54,925 bases of DNA from a bacterium (GCA_024711065.1 JANJTN010000035.1:1-54925); one strand, 5' to 3'. Positions 9,359 to 19,811 are shown, counted from the first letter of the stretch. Numbers and translations: made by a program. The notes: a model not told the origin generated them from the sequence alone.

Positions 9359-9416
9359 CCCCACCGTGCGGTGGGGTCAGTGTCGACGGCCGCTAGAGGC
9401 GACCGCCGACACTGAC
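9359..9416 (+). promoter_or_regulatory. Two adjacent intercistronic stem-loops between atpE and atpF
   Basis: Hairpin 1: CCCCACC-GTGC-GGTGGGG (9359-9376). Hairpin 2: an 18-nt arm with 16/18 pairs (9376-9393 with 9399-9416) and loop TAGAG. No T-tract follows. Confidence 0.55.
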
Positions 9417-9442
9417 TCTACACTCGAAACCTGAGAACACGT

Positions 9443-9937
9443 ATGCCAGCATTTCTGGAACTCAGTCCCGGTCTTGTGATCTGGACCCTGATCAACTTCT
9501 CCATCTTCGCCTTCATCATCGCCAAGTTCGGCTGGAAGCCGATGCGCGACGGTCTGGCAGCACGCGAGCAGGCGATCGCCGATGCGATCCGCTCTGCTGA
9601 GACGGCGAATGCCGAGGCTCAGGCCATCATGCGCGAAAGCAAGGAGCGCATTGCGAGTGCCCAGGCAGAGATGATGGACATCGTGCGGGAGGGCAAGTCG
9701 CAGGCCGAAGCCATGGTCCGTAAGGCAGCAGATGATGCTGACGTGGTCAAGAAGCAGAAGATCGAGGAAGCCTCGCGCGAGATCGACCGCAAGCGCGACG
9801 AAGCCATCCAGCAGTTGCGCACCGAGATGGCTACGCTGGTGGTGGACGCTACGTCGAAGATGCTTGGCCGTTCCCTGCAAGACGAAGACCACAAGCGTCT
9901 GGCGCAGGACTATATCAATGAACTCTCCAAGAACTGA
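9443..9937 (+). CDS. atpF: F0F1 ATP synthase subunit b
   Basis: 164 aa with a single N-terminal TM helix followed by a long charged Ala/Glu/Lys/Arg helix. It sits at the expected operon position. Confidence 0.85.
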   Translation: MPAFLELSPGLVIWTLINFSIFAFIIAKFGWKPMRDGLAAREQAIADAIRSAETANAEAQAIMRESKERIASAQAEMMDIVREGKSQAEAMVRKAADDADVVKKQKIEEASREIDRKRDEAIQQLRTEMATLVVDATSKMLGRSLQDEDHKRLAQDYINELSKN

Positions 9938-9945
9938 TCGCCTCC

Positions 9946-10494
9946 ATGTCTGCTAAAGCCATCGCTGTACGCTACGCCACCGCACTTCTCGAAGAAGCTG
10001 TGGCCCGAGGTCTTGATGCGACCGTGGAGCGCGACATCGTGACGATCACCGAGATCGCCGACGCCTCGCCGGACCTTCGGATGCTTCTGCGCAGCCCCAT
10101 CATCGAGTGGTGGCGCAAGAAGAGCATCATCATCGAGATCCTGCAGGGCCGCGTGAACGAATTGTCGCTCAACTTCATGATCCTGGTGATCGAGAAGGGA
10201 CGCGAGCGCTTCTTCCGGGAGATCGCTGCGTCGTATCTGGAGATGCTGGATCAACGACGCAACATCCTGCGCGTGAGCGTGGAATCGGCGGTCGCACTGG
10301 ACGAGCAGGCTCGCACGGAAGTGGTCGATCGCCTCTCCACCAGGAACGGCAAGACCGTGATGGCCACCTTTGACGTGGAGCCCACCTTGATCGGAGGCCT
10401 GCGCGTCACGATCGGCGACAACGTGTTCGACAGTTCGCTCCAAAGCCAGCTCGAAGACCTTCGCGAGCGTCTGGAAACGGCTTCGGACAACTGA
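9946..10494 (+). CDS. atpH: F0F1 ATP synthase subunit delta (OSCP)
   Basis: 182 aa. N-terminal AVRYATALLEEA and C-terminal IGGLRVTIGDNVFDSSL are typical of OSCP. Confidence 0.85.
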   Translation: MSAKAIAVRYATALLEEAVARGLDATVERDIVTITEIADASPDLRMLLRSPIIEWWRKKSIIIEILQGRVNELSLNFMILVIEKGRERFFREIAASYLEMLDQRRNILRVSVESAVALDEQARTEVVDRLSTRNGKTVMATFDVEPTLIGGLRVTIGDNVFDSSLQSQLEDLRERLETASDN

Positions 10495-10548
10495 CCCTCT
10501 TTGCAACTGAAGACAAACTGACAACAGAACTGAACAAGGATTACCAGA

Positions 10549-12105
<1,557 letters not shown>

Positions 12106-12118
12106 TAAAGGCACTCGC

Positions 12119-13078
12119 ATGATCGTGCTGACCGGCGGCGCGGGATTCATCGGCAGCTGTGTGCTGAGCGCATTGAATGACGCCGGCCGGACAGACGTTC
12201 TGGTGGTGGATGCCTTGAGGTCTAGCGAGAAATGGAAGAACCTCGTTGGACACACGTACCTTGACATCGTCAGCAAAGAGGAGTTCCGAGAACGGATGAT
12301 GATGGGCGACGTGGACGACGTCGACGCCGTGATCCACATGGGAGCCTGCTCCACCACCACCGAACGGGATGCCGATTATCTGTTCGACAACAACTTTCGG
12401 TATTCGTGCGAGGTGGCCGAGTTCGCCCTGGAACGCAACGCTCGTCTGATCTATGCCAGCTCTGCGGCCACGTATGGCGATGGCCGCCGTGGCTACGACG
12501 ATCGCGCTACGGACCTGCGCCCCTTGAACATGTACGGTTATTCCAAGTACCTGTTCGACCAGTGGGTACGCGATCAGGGGATCGAAGATCAGGTGGTCGG
12601 ACTCAAACTGTTCAACGTCTTCGGACCGAACGAGTACCACAAGGGCGATCAGGCCAGCATGGTGTTCAAGTCCGTACAGCAGATCCGGCAGACCGGAGAG
12701 GTGCGGTTGTTCAAAAGCACGCATCCGGATTATGCCGATGGCGGACAGATGCGCGACTTCATCTATGTCAAGGATGTTGTTCACGTGATCCTGCAGTTCC
12801 TGCAAGCCCCCTCCATGAATGGCATCTTTAACCTGGGCACCGGACAGGCCCGTTCATGGAACGATCTGGCCACCGCCGTGTTCGCAGCGATGGGGATGGA
12901 GCCCGTGATCAGGTATGTGGACATTCCCGAAGAGATCGCCGGACAGTACCAGAACTTCACGCAAGCCGAAATGGATCGGTTGAAAGGGGCTCTCCCGGGC
13001 CTCACGTTTACCTCTCTCGAATCCTCGATCGCTGACTATGTCGCGAACCATCTCCGTATGGAATGGCCGTATCACTGA
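12119..13078 (+). CDS. hldD: ADP-L-glycero-D-manno-heptose 6-epimerase
   Basis: 319-aa SDR-type epimerase. By eye it aligns along its full length with enterobacterial HldD/RfaD (TGGAGFIGS, YASSAATYG, YGYSKYLFD, GIFNLGTG). Confidence 0.88.
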   Translation: MIVLTGGAGFIGSCVLSALNDAGRTDVLVVDALRSSEKWKNLVGHTYLDIVSKEEFRERMMMGDVDDVDAVIHMGACSTTTERDADYLFDNNFRYSCEVAEFALERNARLIYASSAATYGDGRRGYDDRATDLRPLNMYGYSKYLFDQWVRDQGIEDQVVGLKLFNVFGPNEYHKGDQASMVFKSVQQIRQTGEVRLFKSTHPDYADGGQMRDFIYVKDVVHVILQFLQAPSMNGIFNLGTGQARSWNDLATAVFAAMGMEPVIRYVDIPEEIAGQYQNFTQAEMDRLKGALPGLTFTSLESSIADYVANHLRMEWPYH

Positions 13079-13108
13079 CGTTGAATCGCTAGCACGCAGA
13101 ACAGACCG

Positions 13109-13999
13109 ATGGCAACACTCAAAGAGACCCGCACCCGGATCACCTCGATCCGGAACACCTCCAAGATCACGCAGGCAATGCGCATGGTGGCCGCCGCCAA
13201 ACTGCGCCGTGCCCAAGATGCCATCACGGCCGCACGCCCGTATGCCAATCAGCTGCAAAAGATCCTGAGCAACCTGGCCGCCGCGGAGACCGACTTCGTG
13301 CACCCGTTCTTCGAATCGCGTTCGGCCCTGCAGAACGTGATGCTCATTGTGGTGTCCTCGGACCGCGGACTCTGTGGTGGCTTCAACGCCAACCTCCTGC
13401 GCGCAACGCGCGAGCGCATCGAACGACTTCAGAACGAACATCCGGGCGTTCAGATCACGGTGATCCCGGTTGGACGCCGCTCTGTGAATGCCTTCCGCAA
13501 GCGCAGCGAAGCGATCGCCAAAGAGTTTCCGGATGTGTTCCTCAAGCTCGAGTTCACCACAGCACTCGAGATCGCTCAGATGGCTTCCGATGCCTTCCTG
13601 GCGCATCGTGCTGACCGCGTGGAAGTGATGCACTCCGAATTCGTGTCCGTGATCCGTCAGGATGTGCGAGCTCTGCAGCTGCTACCGATCGCGCCGAATG
13701 CCGTAGAGGAGACGGCCGCCAAACACACCTCGAACGTGGATTACCTCTTCGAACCCACGCGGGCCGACATTCTGGATGCCCTGCTGCCGCAGTACCTGAA
13801 CGTGCAGGTCTGGAAGGCGTTGCTCGACAGCAATGCTGCCGAACAGGCCGCGCGGATGATGGCCATGGAGAACGCCACCAACAACGCTCGCGACCTGATC
13901 TCGTCCCTGCAGCTGATCTATAACCGCGAGCGTCAGGCCGCCATCACCAAAGAGATGCTCGAGATCGTTGGCGGTGCAGAGGCTCTGAGCGCCAGCTAA
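13109..13999 (+). CDS. atpG: F0F1 ATP synthase subunit gamma
   Basis: 296 aa. N-terminal IRNTSKITQAMRMVAAAKLRRAQ and C-terminal RQAAITKEMLEIVGGAEAL. Confidence 0.93.
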   Translation: MATLKETRTRITSIRNTSKITQAMRMVAAAKLRRAQDAITAARPYANQLQKILSNLAAAETDFVHPFFESRSALQNVMLIVVSSDRGLCGGFNANLLRATRERIERLQNEHPGVQITVIPVGRRSVNAFRKRSEAIAKEFPDVFLKLEFTTALEIAQMASDAFLAHRADRVEVMHSEFVSVIRQDVRALQLLPIAPNAVEETAAKHTSNVDYLFEPTRADILDALLPQYLNVQVWKALLDSNAAEQAARMMAMENATNNARDLISSLQLIYNRERQAAITKEMLEIVGGAEALSAS

Positions 14000-14024
14000 C
14001 CCTCCGTCAGCGAGCGGTACGGCT

Positions 14025-14579
14025 ATGGCTCCACAACGCTCTTCGTTGGCAGCTTCCACAGCAGGTTCACGACCAACCTTCTTTAGCGTGCGCGCCGTGA
14101 TCCTGGCTGCGGTCATGCTGGCCTTCGTTACCGTGCTGCCGCGCTACGATCTCGGTGGATGGAATCCGTACGCCGCGTCGTACCAAAGCCGTATCGAGTT
14201 CTATGCCGACCGGATGGATTCACTCGTACGCGTGAGTACCTGGCGCCAACGGCTGTTCCTGCGTCATGTTGGCAACTACGAGATCCCGATGTGGATCGCC
14301 ACGCACCGCAGAGCTACCGACGTGATCCAGCTGCCTCCTCGCAGCTACGCCGCGCGATACTTGCAGGCCGATCCGATCTGGACCGACCCGCGCATCTTCA
14401 CGTACTTCGCCGACTTCCAGCCCATTGTGGCCTGGACCGACCTACCTCGTCGTCCGCTGGCCAACACCTGGGTGGCCCTGGAACCCGGTGGGATCGCCCT
14501 GGTACGCCGCGACGGCACAACCGATATCGATTCGTTGTTGCAGGAGTATCAGCGGTCCGAGGTAGGGGGCTTGCCATGA
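14025..14579 (+). CDS. Membrane-anchored hypothetical protein
   Basis: 184 aa with one N-terminal hydrophobic helix (AVILAAVMLAFVTVL). It starts 25 nt after atpG, and its stop overlaps the next start. Confidence 0.55.
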   Translation: MAPQRSSLAASTAGSRPTFFSVRAVILAAVMLAFVTVLPRYDLGGWNPYAASYQSRIEFYADRMDSLVRVSTWRQRLFLRHVGNYEIPMWIATHRRATDVIQLPPRSYAARYLQADPIWTDPRIFTYFADFQPIVAWTDLPRRPLANTWVALEPGGIALVRRDGTTDIDSLLQEYQRSEVGGLP

Positions 14580-15934
14580 GCTTTTTTCTGCTGATCCTGG
14601 TCCTGCAATGGATCACTGGCTTCGGGATCATGGCCTCCATCGGGACACGTCTTCCCAGGCCCCTTTCCATCCCGTTGGCACCATTGGTGGGCATGTTCGT
14701 GCACACACTGGCCGTGTTCGTGGTAGACCTGTTGCCGTGGGGGATCGGCCAGGTATCGATCACCGTGGCGGCTGTGGTGATGTTGGTGGTTGCTCATGCG
14801 CGGTGGCCCGTGGTGATGGCGTGGTATCGCGAGCTGCTGGCCGCACCGCGGTGGACGTTGTCCATGGCCGACCTGGTGGTGATCATCGCCGGTGCGATCG
14901 TGGGCTACGTGGTGTCCTGGGCCAGTTGGTTCTGGCCGGTCACGCCGTTCGATGCCATGGCTGGGATCGATCTGGTAGCGCGGCAAACGGTGGTGGAGGG
15001 CACGATCAACAACCGCGTCTTCACGGACCCGTCGCTGGCCGGACATCTATCGAATCAGCCGTTCTATGCCCCCTTTGCTATGCTGATGCAGGTGATCTAC
15101 CGACTGCTCGGCTTTGGCTACGGACAGGTATGGCTGGCCGTAAGTGCGATCTGCTTTTCGGCATTCCTGTACAACGCCATGCGGATGTGGGCTCATCCGG
15201 TGATCGCCGGTGTGCTCTGGTTGCTGGCGATCCTTACGCCGGAGATGCTGGGCTATACCTACCTGCTGCAGACCGACTATTTAAATGCCGTGTTCCTATC
15301 GTCGGCAGTGATCCTGCTCACCGCATCGGCCGAACGGGAAGAGGTGCAGGCTTGGGCGCTTGCAGCGGTGTTGTTCGCTGCCGCGGCGTGGTCCAGGACG
15401 GAGACCATCATGGTGGTGTTCATGGGTCTGCTTGCGTCCATTCCCGTGCTCTGGAACCACGTGGAGCGCCGCACGATGTGGCGGGCCTTGGGCCTGTCTG
15501 CCGGTGCCGGGCTTGCCACCTTTGTATTGTGGAACGGATACTACCTTCCGGTGGTGCTACCGGTGCGCCCGGACACGGCCTCGGAACTGACCATGTTCAG
15601 CTTCGAACGATTCGGACAGGTAGCGGGTGATCTGTGGAGCTCCGTGATCGTGCAACCCGAACTCTGGGGCTGGACCTTTCCCTTGTTCGCACTGGGATTG
15701 GTCGGCAGCCTGATCCTGAACCGCACACTGCGTCCGCTACTGCCGCTGGTCTGGATCGCATCGATCCTGCTGGCCTTGACCGTTGTTGGCACGGTGTTCA
15801 CCGCCGCCGTCGTGGAACAGACCCTGCGCCGTGGTATTTTCAAGCTCATTCCGCTGATGATGTTCTGGCTGGCGGCCATGCCGCTTGTTGTTGGTTGGTC
15901 GAAACGTCTTCGAGCGTGGGAAACGGGATCATGA
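14576..15934 (+). CDS. Polytopic integral membrane protein, possibly GT-C-like; function unknown
   Basis: The ATG at 14576 forms an ATGA overlap with the upstream stop. 452 aa with about 10 or more hydrophobic helices by eye. The track ORF start at 14159 is an out-of-frame overlap with the upstream CDS (14025-14579). Confidence 0.6.
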   Translation: MSFFLLILVLQWITGFGIMASIGTRLPRPLSIPLAPLVGMFVHTLAVFVVDLLPWGIGQVSITVAAVVMLVVAHARWPVVMAWYRELLAAPRWTLSMADLVVIIAGAIVGYVVSWASWFWPVTPFDAMAGIDLVARQTVVEGTINNRVFTDPSLAGHLSNQPFYAPFAMLMQVIYRLLGFGYGQVWLAVSAICFSAFLYNAMRMWAHPVIAGVLWLLAILTPEMLGYTYLLQTDYLNAVFLSSAVILLTASAEREEVQAWALAAVLFAAAAWSRTETIMVVFMGLLASIPVLWNHVERRTMWRALGLSAGAGLATFVLWNGYYLPVVLPVRPDTASELTMFSFERFGQVAGDLWSSVIVQPELWGWTFPLFALGLVGSLILNRTLRPLLPLVWIASILLALTVVGTVFTAAVVEQTLRRGIFKLIPLMMFWLAAMPLVVGWSKRLRAWETGS

Positions 15935-16782
15935 TGGACATTCCAAAACTGCCGTTCATACTGCTGACCGTGCTGGCCACGATCCTGGTGCTCTGGGCGG
16001 CAAGCGCTATCCTGTCCAGACTCTTCGTGCGCCGGTGGATCAAGCGGCTGCTCCGCTCGATCGGACAGCAGGACATGCCGCACTTTTCTGCGACCCTTTC
16101 CGAACGGCTACCCGTGGCCGTGCAGAGGTATCTGCACTATGCCATGAAGGAAGGCCAACCCAACATCCGCTACGCGGTCTTGAAGGCTCGTGCTCGATTC
16201 CGTCACGGTCCCAACAGACCCTGGTTCACCGTTCGAGCTACCGAGTACATTTCTGGTATGGAGCCGGGCTTTGTGTGGGATGCCATGCTTACCCACAACC
16301 CCGTGTGGTGGCGCACCGCCAAGCTGAGCTTTCTTCACGGCGAGGGCCACGGACACCTCAAGCTCTTCGGGGCCATCACGCTCCGCGAGATGGAAGGGGC
16401 TGAAACGGATCATTCGATGCTGTTCCGCTTTCTGAGCGATCTGGTGTGGCTGCCCACGGGACTGCTGCCCACACGGGCATTACGCTGGGAGCATATCGAC
16501 GACCATACAGCCCGTGCCGTGCTGCGCGATGAAGACACCGTAGTACAGGCCACGTTCCATGTGAACGAGATCGGCCAGGTCGACAAGATCATCACCAACA
16601 GCAAGTATCGCGATCACCGTAGCGGGTTCGAGCAGACCCAGTTCACACTGGAGTGCAAGGAGTATCGCGAAGTAGAGGGTATCATGATCCCCACAGAGGT
16701 CGACTTCGTGTGGAACCTGGATGGCGGCGACTTTGAGTACGGTCAGTTCACACTGCGGGACATCGCCTACTACTACGAGTGA
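15931..16782 (+). CDS. N-terminally membrane-anchored hypothetical protein
   Basis: The ATG at 15931 forms an ATGA overlap with the upstream stop. 283 aa. N-terminal helix LPFILLTVLATILVLWAASAIL followed by a soluble domain. Confidence 0.6.
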   Translation: MMDIPKLPFILLTVLATILVLWAASAILSRLFVRRWIKRLLRSIGQQDMPHFSATLSERLPVAVQRYLHYAMKEGQPNIRYAVLKARARFRHGPNRPWFTVRATEYISGMEPGFVWDAMLTHNPVWWRTAKLSFLHGEGHGHLKLFGAITLREMEGAETDHSMLFRFLSDLVWLPTGLLPTRALRWEHIDDHTARAVLRDEDTVVQATFHVNEIGQVDKIITNSKYRDHRSGFEQTQFTLECKEYREVEGIMIPTEVDFVWNLDGGDFEYGQFTLRDIAYYYE

Positions 16783-17694
16783 TCACATCCTCCGAACGGC
16801 CAGCCATGCCGTAGGGATGGACGCCAGTTTCTGCGCGAACGACGTACTGGCGCGACGCTGGAAGATCCGATAGTCCATGCCTTCGACCACGCGTAGGATC
16901 TTCCGATAGTTGGTACTCATCAACTGCACCGTAAGCCGACTGTCGGCATCAAGGTACGGTATACCCTTGTTGGCACTGTCGTAATAGCGGTCCGCACGCT
17001 CCACCTGAAAGTGGATCAGCGATCGGAATCGGTCCGACCATTGGTGGTGCAGCACTTCGTCCTCAGAAACGCCGAATCGATCGAGTTCTTCTTTCGGCAG
17101 ATAGATGCGGCCACGCACAGCATCTTCCTTCACATCGCGTATGATGTTTGTGAGCTGCATGGCGATACCAAGATCGATCGCATACGGGATCGCGTCGTTC
17201 GAAGAGTACTGAAAGATCTCGGACGTCATCAGGCCTACTGTCGACGCCACCTTGTAGCAGTACTCTCGCAATGCATCGAACGTGTCGAACCGGGTGATGG
17301 TGGTATCCATCAGTACGCCTTCGATCAACTCTTCCGGCAAGTGCCGTGGGATATGGTAGCGTTCCAGCGTGTCCTCCCAGGCTCGAAGCACAGCTCGCGA
17401 CACCTTGCTTTCCTCACTGAAAGGGGCTGATGCATCGGTTTCGTACAAGCGTCCAACTTCCGAACGCCACTGCTCCACCAGGCGAACGGCATCCTCGCGC
17501 GTCACATCGCCCCGCTCCATCGCCACGTCCACGATATCGTCCACATATCGGCAGAACGCATACACCGCATAGCAGGCCTTGCGCTTCACCGGTGGAATGA
17601 AGTGCGAGGCAAAGTAGAACGTCTTGGCATGCGTAAAGGTCACCTGTCGGCACACTTCGTACGCTGCGTCGATATCTGGCGTTGGAGTTGTCAC
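16783..17694 (-). CDS. crtB: Phytoene/squalene synthase family protein (phytoene synthase-like)
   Basis: 303 aa with motifs YAFCRYVDDIVD, YCYKVASTVGLM and NIIRDVKEDAVRGRIYLP. The phytoene versus squalene/HpnD subfamily cannot be settled by eye. Confidence 0.8.
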   Translation of the reverse strand: MTTPTPDIDAAYEVCRQVTFTHAKTFYFASHFIPPVKRKACYAVYAFCRYVDDIVDVAMERGDVTREDAVRLVEQWRSEVGRLYETDASAPFSEESKVSRAVLRAWEDTLERYHIPRHLPEELIEGVLMDTTITRFDTFDALREYCYKVASTVGLMTSEIFQYSSNDAIPYAIDLGIAMQLTNIIRDVKEDAVRGRIYLPKEELDRFGVSEDEVLHHQWSDRFRSLIHFQVERADRYYDSANKGIPYLDADSRLTVQLMSTNYRKILRVVEGMDYRIFQRRASTSFAQKLASIPTAWLAVRRM

Positions 17695-17707
17695 TGATCG
17701 AATGTAC

Positions 17708-17715
17708 TACCTTTG
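17708..17715 (+). promoter_or_regulatory. Candidate -7 promoter element TACCTTTG upstream of radA
   Basis: Exact TAnnTTTG match 89 nt upstream of the radA ATG. The TTG candidates at 17682-17684 and 17688-17690 give spacers of 23 and 17 nt, so the -33 partner is unclear. Confidence 0.35.
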
Positions 17716-17764
17716 CGTCGCAAACATCCGCACATCGCCTGTGGTTCCTTGTTGATACAGCTAG

Positions 17765-17803
17765 CCCTCGCCCTACGTCCCTCGCCCTTCGCCCCTCGCC
17801 CCT
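17765..17803. repeat. Three spaced copies of CCCTCGCCC, ending at the radA start codon
   Basis: Copies at 17765-17773, 17779-17787 and 17793-17801. It shares the 11-mer CCCTCGCCCTT and the terminal CCCCTATG with the ddl upstream repeat. Confidence 0.85.
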
Positions 17804-19150
17804 ATGAAGACCAAGACCGTCTACCGATGCACCAACTGCGGACACGTGGCCCCCAAGTGGATGGGGCGGTGTCCGTCGTGTGGCGAATGGGAGACGTTGG
17901 TAGAGGAGGTCCAGGAGCGCACGGCTCGTGGCAAGGGTGGCGGGCGTGCGCCGAGGTCGGCACCGGAGGCGATCACCCTAGCATCGGTGGACACCCAGCG
18001 CTCTCCGCGGATCCCCACAGGTATCCATGAACTCGATCGGGTTCTCGGCGGAGGATTGGTACCGGGCAGCGTGGTCTTGCTGGGTGGCGATCCGGGGATG
18101 GGCAAGAGTACGCTTACGCTGCAGATGGCTGCCAGGGTATCGGAAGGCGGAGGAAAAGCCCTTGTGCTGACCGGCGAGGAGAGCCTGCATCAGATCAAGC
18201 AGCGAGCAGATCGGTTGCAGCTTGATGTGCGCAACGTTGTGGTGGCATCGGAGACCTCGATCGAGACCATTGCCGCCATGATCGAAGCCGAGGCACCGTC
18301 GCTGGTGGTGATCGACTCGATCCAGACCATGGTGACCGATCTGTTGGAGAGCAGTGCCGGCAGCGTAGCGCAGGTACGCGAGTGTACGGCCTTGCTGACC
18401 AAGGTGGCCAAGCGGTCCGGGATCCCGACGGTGCTCATTGGGCATGTGACCAAGGACGGGATGCTGGCCGGACCCAAGGTGCTGGAGCACATGGTAGACA
18501 CCGTGTTGCAGTTCGAAGGGGACGGGATGTATTCCTATCGCATTCTTCGAGCGCTGAAGAACCGGTATGGGTCCACCAACGAGATCGGCGTGTTCGACAT
18601 GTCGGGCACGGGACTCGAAGAGGTACCGAATCCATCGGAGGTCCTGCTGAGCAACCGCAGGGCTGGCGAGCCCGGCACGGCGGTCGTGGCCGTGGCCGAG
18701 GGCACGCGCCCGCTGCTCGTAGAGGTGCAGGCCTTGGTGTCGGCCAGCGGCTATAGCGTACCACAGCGCGTGAGTACCGGCTACGACGCCAAGCGGCTGC
18801 AGCTGATCCTGGCCGTGTTGGAGAAGCGCGGTGGGATCGCCGTTCGCCAGGCCGACGTGTTCGTGAACATTGCCGGTGGGATCTCCATCCAGGATCCTGC
18901 CATCGACCTGGGTGTGGCGGTAGCGCTGGCCAGCAGCGTGCTGGAGAGCCCCCTTCCCCCCAATGTGGCCTTTGTCGGAGAACTGGGGCTGACCGGCGAG
19001 ATCCGCAGGGTGGCCTATCTCGAGCAACGGGTGGCCGAGGCGGTTCGGCTGGGGTTGACCACGATCTACGTGCCGATGACCAACAAACCCACGTCGCCGA
19101 ACGTCGTTCCCGTAGAACGGCTTACCGACGTGTTGCGTCTGGTGCTGTAG
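17804..19150 (+). CDS. radA: DNA repair protein RadA (Sms)
   Basis: C4 zinc finger CTNCGHVAPKWMGRCPSCGEW, P-loop GDPGMGKST, KNRYG motif and a Lon-protease-like C-terminal domain. Confidence 0.95.
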   Translation: MKTKTVYRCTNCGHVAPKWMGRCPSCGEWETLVEEVQERTARGKGGGRAPRSAPEAITLASVDTQRSPRIPTGIHELDRVLGGGLVPGSVVLLGGDPGMGKSTLTLQMAARVSEGGGKALVLTGEESLHQIKQRADRLQLDVRNVVVASETSIETIAAMIEAEAPSLVVIDSIQTMVTDLLESSAGSVAQVRECTALLTKVAKRSGIPTVLIGHVTKDGMLAGPKVLEHMVDTVLQFEGDGMYSYRILRALKNRYGSTNEIGVFDMSGTGLEEVPNPSEVLLSNRRAGEPGTAVVAVAEGTRPLLVEVQALVSASGYSVPQRVSTGYDAKRLQLILAVLEKRGGIAVRQADVFVNIAGGISIQDPAIDLGVAVALASSVLESPLPPNVAFVGELGLTGEIRRVAYLEQRVAEAVRLGLTTIYVPMTNKPTSPNVVPVERLTDVLRLVL

Positions 19151-19164
19151 ATCTGGGAACTTTG
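19133..19164 (+). promoter_or_regulatory. Candidate promoter of the ECF sigma operon (TTG-N21-GAACTTTG)
   Basis: TTG at 19133-19135, a 21-nt spacer, then GAACTTTG (7/8 match to TAnnTTTG) at 19157-19164. This lies 20 nt upstream of GTG 19185, and GGCAGGAG at 19171-19178 is SD-like. Confidence 0.35.
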
Positions 19165-19184
19165 TACACAGGCAGGAGTAGAAC

Positions 19185-19811
19185 GTGTCGGACAACGTGG
19201 CACAACGTCGGACCATACCATCGGACGAAGAGCTGCTGGAGCAGTTCCTTCGCGGAGACGAACGGTCGTTCGTTGATCTGATGGGGCGGTACAAGGAGCC
19301 GATCCTCTCCTTTGTCTACCGCTTCATTGGAGACTACGACGACGCGACCGACATCGCTCAGGAGACCTTCGTTCGGCTGTACCGATTTGGCCACACATTC
19401 AAAGGTGAAGTCAAGTTTTCGACCTGGCTGTACACGATCGCGGCAAACCTGTCGCGCTCGGAGCTCAAGCGATACCGACGCCGAAACGGGACCACGCTCA
19501 AGGAAGCGTTTCGAAAGTCGGACGACGACGAGCAATGGGATGTACCAGACGAATCGTACCGTCCGGATGATTCCGTGGATGCAACCAGGATCGCCCAGGA
19601 AGTGCAGAAGGCTTTGATGCGCATTTCTCCCAGCTATCGCGAAATGGTGATCCTGCGGGACATTCAGCAGATGTCGTACGAAGAGATCGCCGCGGTCACC
19701 GAGACCGAGCTGGGCACCGTCAAGAGCCGGATCAACCGGGGCCGACAACAACTTCAGCAGGAACTCAAGGGCTTGTACGACGAGCTGTTCGGTTCCACCA
19801 CCGTATCATGA
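19185..19811 (+). CDS. ECF-type RNA polymerase sigma-70 family factor
   Basis: 208 aa. Region 2 (DIAQETFVRLY) and region 4 HTH (SYEEIAAVTETELGTVKSRINRGR). Confidence 0.9.
   Translation: MSDNVAQRRTIPSDEELLEQFLRGDERSFVDLMGRYKEPILSFVYRFIGDYDDATDIAQETFVRLYRFGHTFKGEVKFSTWLYTIAANLSRSELKRYRRRNGTTLKEAFRKSDDDEQWDVPDESYRPDDSVDATRIAQEVQKALMRISPSYREMVILRDIQQMSYEEIAAVTETELGTVKSRINRGRQQLQQELKGLYDELFGSTTVS

Noticed and set aside
10489-10548. Four copies of AACTGA at 10489, 10505, 10516 and 10528 in the A-rich atpH-atpA spacer, considered as a regulatory repeat.
   Set aside because: The spacing is irregular (16, 11 and 12 nt) and the hexamer is very short. It is most simply an A/purine-rich unstructured leader favouring atpA translation initiation.
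12119-13078. hldD inside the atp operon considered as a recent horizontal insertion.
   Set aside because: It has no flanking direct repeats and no composition change visible by eye, and its short clean junctions resemble those of the neighbouring genes. I kept only the synteny oddity as a finding.
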